The notes under the pieces are model-generated. The model had not been told where the DNA came from. It made no database searches and worked only from the letters and a program-made list of their open reading frames with translations. A stretch of 55,618 nt of DNA, filler included, from Dirinaria sp. TL-2023a (lineage: Eukaryota): NCBI GenBank assembly GCA_051941275.1. It is 2 parts of 2 records of this genome, joined end to end, with 100 filler letters (N's around TTAATTAATTAA, not from the genome) between each part and the next. Parts side by side here need not be neighbours in the genome. Positions count along the whole stretch, not along the records: positions 27,886 to 55,618 come from JAVEBF010000136.1; 1 more part is not named here. One strand, written 5' to 3'. The number at the start of each line of letters is the position of its first letter. Positions within the stretch are counted from its first letter, which is position 1. Positions 49,401 through 55,618 of the stretch are shown here, piece by piece. A program made the translations under genes and the position numbers.

Positions 49401-50788
49401 GGCGAGAGCGGCTTTGAGTTATTCCCTTCACAACGTCTTAGTCTTTCTAGGCTCCTACGTACATCAAAGCTTCCGGTGCGCCAGAAACAAACCGGAATTT
49501 CCCACGCAGAGTGCTTCACCGACACTTGATAAACATTTGCGCAAACAGAGTTGAAGCGTTTATCGGGTTTCTACGGGCGCACCACTTATGTGCATGCCCG
49601 GACTGCCCTTGCATGAGCGGTCCATCGTACATAATTGATTGGTCCAGCCTCTTTCGGGTTCAGGGGCCAGAGGGACAAGAGGGGTACTTGGGTTGTCGCT
49701 AATCGCGCAAAAGCTTGGCCGTAATTCCCGAGGATGTGCCGCTTTCTGTCTTGCACAATAATTAACGTATACATTATTTACTAAGATAGTCGTTTCATGC
49801 AGAAAACGAACACGGCGAAGGCCAAAATCGACTGTGTATTTAAGATACTAAGTACCGTCTTCCTCTAAAGATGCCAAGGTGGTCTGCAAAGTGTGGAAAA
49901 GACAAGGCGATAATGATGTTGAGGGTGGAAGCCGCTATCCAGTGCCTTCTGTTTCGCGATACTATTTGCGCCGGTAGAGTGTCGAGCACTTGCTCTTCCA
50001 GCCGTATGTACTCCGTATAATAGATTTAAATGCCCAACTCTTCCATTAAGTGCATCGCATCTGGCCATTCTTGTCCATTACTGAGGCTTACCTTACCAAT
50101 TCATCATCTATGACCGCGAACCTAGAAGCATTCATGACTCGCCAATTGCGTTCATTCGCATCCATTATCCCCCATCAGCATCGTTCCTCCTGGCCACGAC
50201 TGAAAACCGTTCAACCTATAGTACCCGGTAAGCCTTTAGGGTTCTGCTGACCCGCACCCCTTCAGGTAAGCATGGGGTATTAATTATTATGATTATTTTC
50301 CCTCGCCCAAATTTGGGATTTGGGGTGGGCTCCCAGTATTTATCAACAGACCAATTTCCCAGATTCCAGCAACGGCCACTAGTCCTGGAATGTGAATAAT
50401 TGCGGCCAAATGGGGATCTGCATGCTCAAAATTAAGCAGCGACCTCTGCCCGCTCATTGGCCGACCCCTGATTTTAGCGTGTGCCCGTTATTTGCTGTGC
50501 GCGGGCGCGAAATGCAAACCCTCACCTTTTTCCCTCCCCTGTTTCGTTCTCCTCCTCCCTTTCACTTCTTTTCTATCTCTTACCAACCACGATCATTACT
50601 GAGACTCCATCCACTTATACCCATTCTGCTCACGCAGAGCTGCAGTTTTTCAGGAAGAGGGCCCTTGCACTTCCTACCACATTCATTTGAATCAGACTCT
50701 CGACGCCAGACGCGATCCTCAGCAGCCGCAAACGTCCAAATAGTCGATCCGAGCCCAGCCAGAACATCGACTCACAACAAACAAATAC

Positions 50789-50930
50789 GTATGTAAGTTG
50801 CGCTCAAGTTAGATTTTGCGCGTAGCACATTCCACATATCAAGCTGCATCCTGTTGAGAATGGATTGAAAGGAGAAAACAAGCACGGCTTGGAAACGATG
50901 CTAATGATCACTTTTTCCGTTGCGAAACAG
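50789..50930 (+). promoter_or_regulatory. Predicted 5'-UTR intron of the SUN gene
   Basis: Donor GTATGT at 50789 overlaps GTAAGT at 50793. Branch GCTAAT at 50900, a pyrimidine tract, and a CAG acceptor ending at 50930, 113 nt before the ATG. A CT-rich promoter-like tract lies upstream. Confidence 0.65.
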
Positions 50931-51043
50931 GCTTTGCCGAATACACACAATCTGCGCATCAATCAGATATCGTGTCTTGAGGAGTCTTTGAGAGACTCTG
51001 CGCCATTCATTATTCTTAGAAAACCTGCTGTGGGCTGCAAGCC

Positions 51044-52576
51044 ATGAAGTCGATCCCCATTTTCATCTGTGCTGCTGCGACAGCCGGTAGTCTCGTTGCA
51101 GCTTCTCCTCCTGTTCACCATCGCCATCAGCATAAGCATGCCGATAAACGCTCCCCGAACCATGTCAAGGTTGTCAATGTCCCCGGCCCGACGGTAGTAG
51201 CATATGAGCTGAATGGCAAATTGGTTGAAGAATCTGAGGTTTGCGCGGGTATCGAGTCTGGATCGCTCAAGTGGGCGAATGGAGACGGGCCATCCAATGC
51301 CTGCTCCAGTCTGAAGGCAGCAAAAGCAGCAGCGCCGGCGCCGGCAGCACCTGCACCAGCAGCTTCTGCGCCAGTGAAGCAAGCTTCAAGTTCCACGCCG
51401 CAAGCTTCATCGACGACCGCAGTGGCACCGGTTGAGGCTTACCAGAAGTCTTCGCCTCAGACTCAAGCGCAGCCCTCAAACGTGCCTGCAAAATCATACT
51501 CTGCGCCAGCACAAGCACCATCCGCGCCTGCGCCAGTATCCTCGTCTGCCTCATATTCCAGCTCGTCTTCCTCAGGATCCAACACCAATCCTTCTGGTGG
51601 AGAGGGTCTCGACAAGCCATTTCCTGATAACGAGATTGATTGCTCTGACTTCCCCTCGGATTTTGGCCCAATCGAGCTATCATGGCTGGGTTTCGGCGGC
51701 TGGTCTGGCGTCCAATACCCAACCATATCTGGCGACCTGGTGACTGACATCGTCACCGCGGTGAAAGGCGGGCAAAATTGCTCAGCTGGCGCCATGTGCT
51801 CCTACGCGTGCCCACCTGGCTACCAAAAATCTCAATGGCCTTCCACACAAGGATCCACTGGTCAGTCCGTTGGTGGTTTACAGTGCAACGAGAACGGCAA
51901 GCTTGTCAAGACGAACCCGGATTTGTCCGAATACTTGTGTATCAAGGGAACAGGTGCTACCCAGGTTAAGAATACCATGGGCAAAAACGCTGCAATCTGT
52001 CGCACCGATTATCCTGGTGAGTGATGCATGACGTTCTCGATAGGTATTGCTCTTAACCGAATTCAGGAACCGAAAGTGAGACTGTGCCGCTCAATACGCA
52101 GCCGCAGAGCACCAACCCGCTCACGTGCCCTGACTCTAAAACGTACTACAAACACGACGATGACCCGACGACCGCGCAGTATTATATCAACAATGCCGGC
52201 GTCGCGATGGAGGATGCGTGCACGTGGGGCAAAGACGGCACTGACCAAGGCAACTGGGCTCCTTCATACCTTGGCGTTGGTCAAGATATGTATGGCAAGA
52301 CCTGGCTCTCCATCTCGTCCACTGCTCAGAATAACCCGCACAACTACCAACCACTCGACTACACCGTCGAGATCACGGGTGACGGTCTCAGCGGCAAGTG
52401 CAGATTGCAGAGCGGTAAGTACTGCTCCGGCGACAATTACGACGACTGCAACGAACAGGGCTGTACCGTAAGTCTCCTTATGCATCTTGAGTATCTCCGA
52501 AGCATGAGCACTGACTTGTGCCCAGGTCGAGCTAATGAGCGGTGATGCGGTCTACGTGCTCTCCGACTCCTCATAG
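51044..52576 (+). CDS. SUN1: SUN family (Sim1/Uth1/Nca3/Sun4; GH132) secreted cell-wall beta-1,3-glucan-modifying protein
   Basis: Exons 51044-52016, 52067-52467 and 52526-52576. Signal peptide, His-rich prosegment ending in KR, and Ala/Ser/Pro linker. SUN domain FPDNEIDCSDFPS, GGWSGVQ, CSYACPPGYQKSQWP, SVGGLQC, CRTDYPGTESETVP, TTAQYYINNAG and GNWAP. Confidence 0.93.
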
Positions 52577-53634
52577 CTGCTTGGCCATCAACCCACGCTT
52601 GTGCCAACCCCTACTTCACTGTACAATAATCTTGGCTCATACGTATGGATGGCCGGCATGATTCAGCTGAGTCGCGCTCACGGTAGCGGTTTCTTCCTCT
52701 TTTCAATGAATACATTAGTGTTCGGAGCAGATGGTACGCGGGGCGGAAGTCGAGCTTCTCTGTTGGTTACGGCAGCAGGCCTGAAGTGGCGTTGCAAAGT
52801 ATAAAGCCTACTACTACTACTCTACATGCATCCTTCTGTACAGCACACATGGTCGCTCAGGGTCGTTTGGTTCGATGGATTCGTTTGGCATTGGCGACAA
52901 CTGCCGTACGTGACATCTACTTTCTACAGCCTTTGAGTTGATTCTGGGAACTGTGCTTGCGCTGCTGGATCAGCGGGCATTGATACGTTTGCTCATAGGT
53001 ACCTGCGCTCAGGGCGGGAGAAGCAAGGTTATACTTTTCCATCATGTGCGCTTGGATTGATGGGGATGGTTGGCCTTTGCGGCGGCTGCACGGTGTCCGT
53101 GCCTTCCATACGATGGCGCGGCCTCTGCTAAGTTCTCTTGTACATATTATTGAGAATGTTAGTAATTTGTTCTCCATCTAAGAGATAATACATAATGATC
53201 TCGGTGTTGGGTCGGTTTCATCCGAAACGGCCAATGAGATGATCAAATCCGCAACATCCCTTGCATCCAGCTCCAACAGTTTCGTCATTCCGATTGAACT
53301 CACATCTACTATATAGAAGCTGTGTCTCGCTCTCACATTTTCATCTAAACACTATTGTGCACAACGCTACTACTTCATTTTACTAGTCGGCCTTGGGAAA
53401 GTCGCGTATCAATCTGCCAATAATCTTCCCAAATGGCGATGTTCGGTCCCCAACAATCACCTCATCGGGACCCTGCCCCTCTCCTCCAATCACAATCTCT
53501 CCACATCTTCAATTTCCGACTTCCACCACTCAATTCGCTTCAGGACACTCGGTTCTTTGCCCACAGAGGCTGCATCGCGTCATATTCGCGCTGCATCACT
53601 GATGCAGCCAAGATAGATAGCAGCAGCAGCAGAG

Positions 53635-55154
53635 ATGAGCTTCGGCACCGCCAGCTATGGCCAGCCCCTCACTCCCTCCCCCCACCCAGATCCTAACAGA
53701 CGTCCAAATCTAGACCAAAGGGCTCTCACTGCTCCGGCGACTCCCAACAACACCATTTCAAGACCTGCTCTTTCTCCCAGATCTTCAGACATTGTTGATC
53801 CCGCAGCTGAGTCTGGAGACGAACAGCCCACGGCGTTCGGGGATCTGGTTCATGGGTTGGACGGGGTTCGCAGCGCCAGGAGTGTACGCTTCGCTACACG
53901 GTCTCCGGACAGGTCATTGGACATGGGGAGCAGGACGGACGAAGACGCAGTGAGCCCTGGCGGCCACGGGACGGCCGAGAGTTCGGGGGACGAGATCACA
54001 CCCATTGTCGCGAGGGAAAGGGGATCGGCGTCGAATTACAATGCTACCTCTTCCACCGCGGCGGCAAAGGACAGGACGACGACAAGTCCGCCAGCTGAGC
54101 AAGGAAGAGGTGCAAGCTATCAAGACAATGGCAGGGGCGTGAGGAGTAGAGCTAAGCAGAAGAGGAAGAGGAGGAGAAGCGCAGGGAGCGGAAGCGGGGA
54201 AGATGGGGAGGAAGAGTCAGAGGAGGGCTGGTGGCGCAAGGTCGTGGAGAAGTTTGGGGGCGTAGAGCTGGATAACAAGGGCAGTGTTGCAAGGGACCAT
54301 TTGGCTCTTGGTATAGACTCCCTCTTTCTCAATCCGATCCAATCCAATCCAATCCAATCCTTCAACGCTACATCTCTGGCCCCCTCTTAGCACCCCTGAC
54401 TCTTTTTCCCTCGAACTCGCCGCTTCCCCTTGCAAGCAACTCGTCCCCCCAGCTCCCAGAACATCACACTCGCAAAATTTTTAAGGCATCTACTTCCAAT
54501 AACTAAAAAAAAAACTGCATAATCAAACAGAACGCACCTTCCTAGCCTGGCTGCGCACATCCCTCGCCTTTGCCTCGATCGGCATCGCCATCACGCAGCT
54601 CTTCCGTCTGAACACGACCATCAGCGAGCGCGAAGGTTACACGCCGCACAATCCGCCGAGCACCTATCACCTCCGCCAAGTAGGGAAGCCGCTCGGAGCC
54701 ACGTTTTTGGGGATAGCGGTTGTGGTCCTGGCGGTTGGGGCTAGGAGGTATTTCGAGAGCCAGGTACGTCCAGCTGAGCTACCTTTTGTTCTTTTTTTTT
54801 TTTTTCCTTTTCGTTCCTCACATATCTGTCCCCCCCTCCCCTTCTACTTTCAAAGAAAGACGAAGAAAGAGAAAAGGGGGGAGAGGGAACATGGAGGAGG
54901 GGGAGAAAAGACGAAAAAAAGGGGACACCAACATTTCTCATCTTTGTTTTCTTCTTTTCTAATCAACCAATCAAAATAACACTAACAATCCCATTTCCGT
55001 CCCCCTTTTTTTAAAACAGTACTGGATCATCCGGGGCAAATTCCCCGCCAGCAGAGGCAGCATCTTCCTCATCACCGCCGTCGCCGTCGCCCTCGTCGTC
55101 ACCAGCCTCGTCATCATCCTCACCGTCGACCCTAGCGTCTTCGAAAGACGATGA
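53635..55154 (+). CDS. DUF202 (Vtc1/YidH-like three-TM) membrane protein with a long disordered N-terminus
   Basis: Exons 53635-54310, 54531-54763 and 55020-55154 give [41 protein letters not shown]...[22 protein letters not shown]. The start codon is uncertain. Confidence 0.88.
54331..54360 (+). repeat. (AATCC)n pentamer microsatellite, about 6 units with one variant, in intron 1 of the DUF202 gene
   Basis: aatccgatccaatccaatccaatccaatcc read directly. Confidence 0.9.
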
Positions 55155-55249
55155 ACCCCTCCCTCTCCCTCTCTCACTCTCTCACATACAAACAATCCCC
55201 CCTTACCCGCGCGCATCTATCAGCTGAAAACCCCCTCCTCCTCCTTCTG

Positions 55250-55568
55250 CAGCAAGCAAGCTAGTTAGCTAGCTAGCTAGCCGGCTAAAATCGATTAAAG
55301 TACTAATATCAACGAGGAGGGCCTATGCAAAGTCCAGAGGGCGCCAACCCCCCATCTATTCTAGGTATGTAGATGGAATACATATACATCCACACGCTCC
55401 AAATAAGAGAAGTTGGGAAGGAACCCCCTACCCATCTCTATACAATCGCTCCTATACCTGTATATATATAGCCAGTCCACACGTAGGTAGGTAGGTAGGT
55501 AGGTAGGTTAGGTATATATATAAAGAAGAAAGAAACCCGAAATCAAACCCCCTCCCGGGGGGGGGGGG
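55250..55568. repeat. Simple-repeat field: (TAGC)n, (TA)n, (GTAG)6 and poly-G
   Basis: agctagttagctagctagctagc at about 55259-55281, gtaggtag... at 55483-55506, and a G12 run at 55557-55568. Confidence 0.9.
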
Positions 55569-55618
55569 CTGGCTCGTCTGGACTTTTTTGTCGTCGCCGC
55601 CATTCTTGTGGATCCCCC

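Noticed and set aside
55483..55513. (GTAG)n repeat as a possible telomere
   Set aside because: Not TTAGGG, short, and followed by unique sequence.

Overview
Eukaryotic, intron-containing DNA from a filamentous ascomycete (Pezizomycotina). This is inferred from short 44-62 nt GT..AG introns with CTRAY branch sites and from the protein families present. The window is a gene-dense, mostly housekeeping region with 15 supportable protein-coding genes: a BEACH/beige protein (runs off the left edge), vacuolar protease B, a small SRPBCC-like protein, MUS81, a ChAPs/exomer cargo adaptor, BRF1, HIR3, S-formylglutathione hydrolase, separase, a DUF5321-like protein, a secreted DUF1996-WSC protein, ERV41, an AhpD/CMD-like protein, a SUN-family (GH132) cell-wall protein and a DUF202 membrane protein. 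A 100-bp gap at 27786-27885 contains an artificial six-frame-stop linker, so adjacency across it is unproven. I found no tRNA, rRNA, transposon ORF, CRISPR array or secondary-metabolite cluster, and no clear new multi-gene system. The best lead is a hidden in-frame alternative first exon with a PxIxIT-like motif, plus a possible poison microexon, inside the long first intron of the exomer adaptor gene. Smaller leads are a TCGA-palindrome array, an AT-hook in Brf1, a GC-AG intron, an ATG-only coding exon and an orphan intron beside the gap. All gene names come from recognising motifs by eye; no database search was run.
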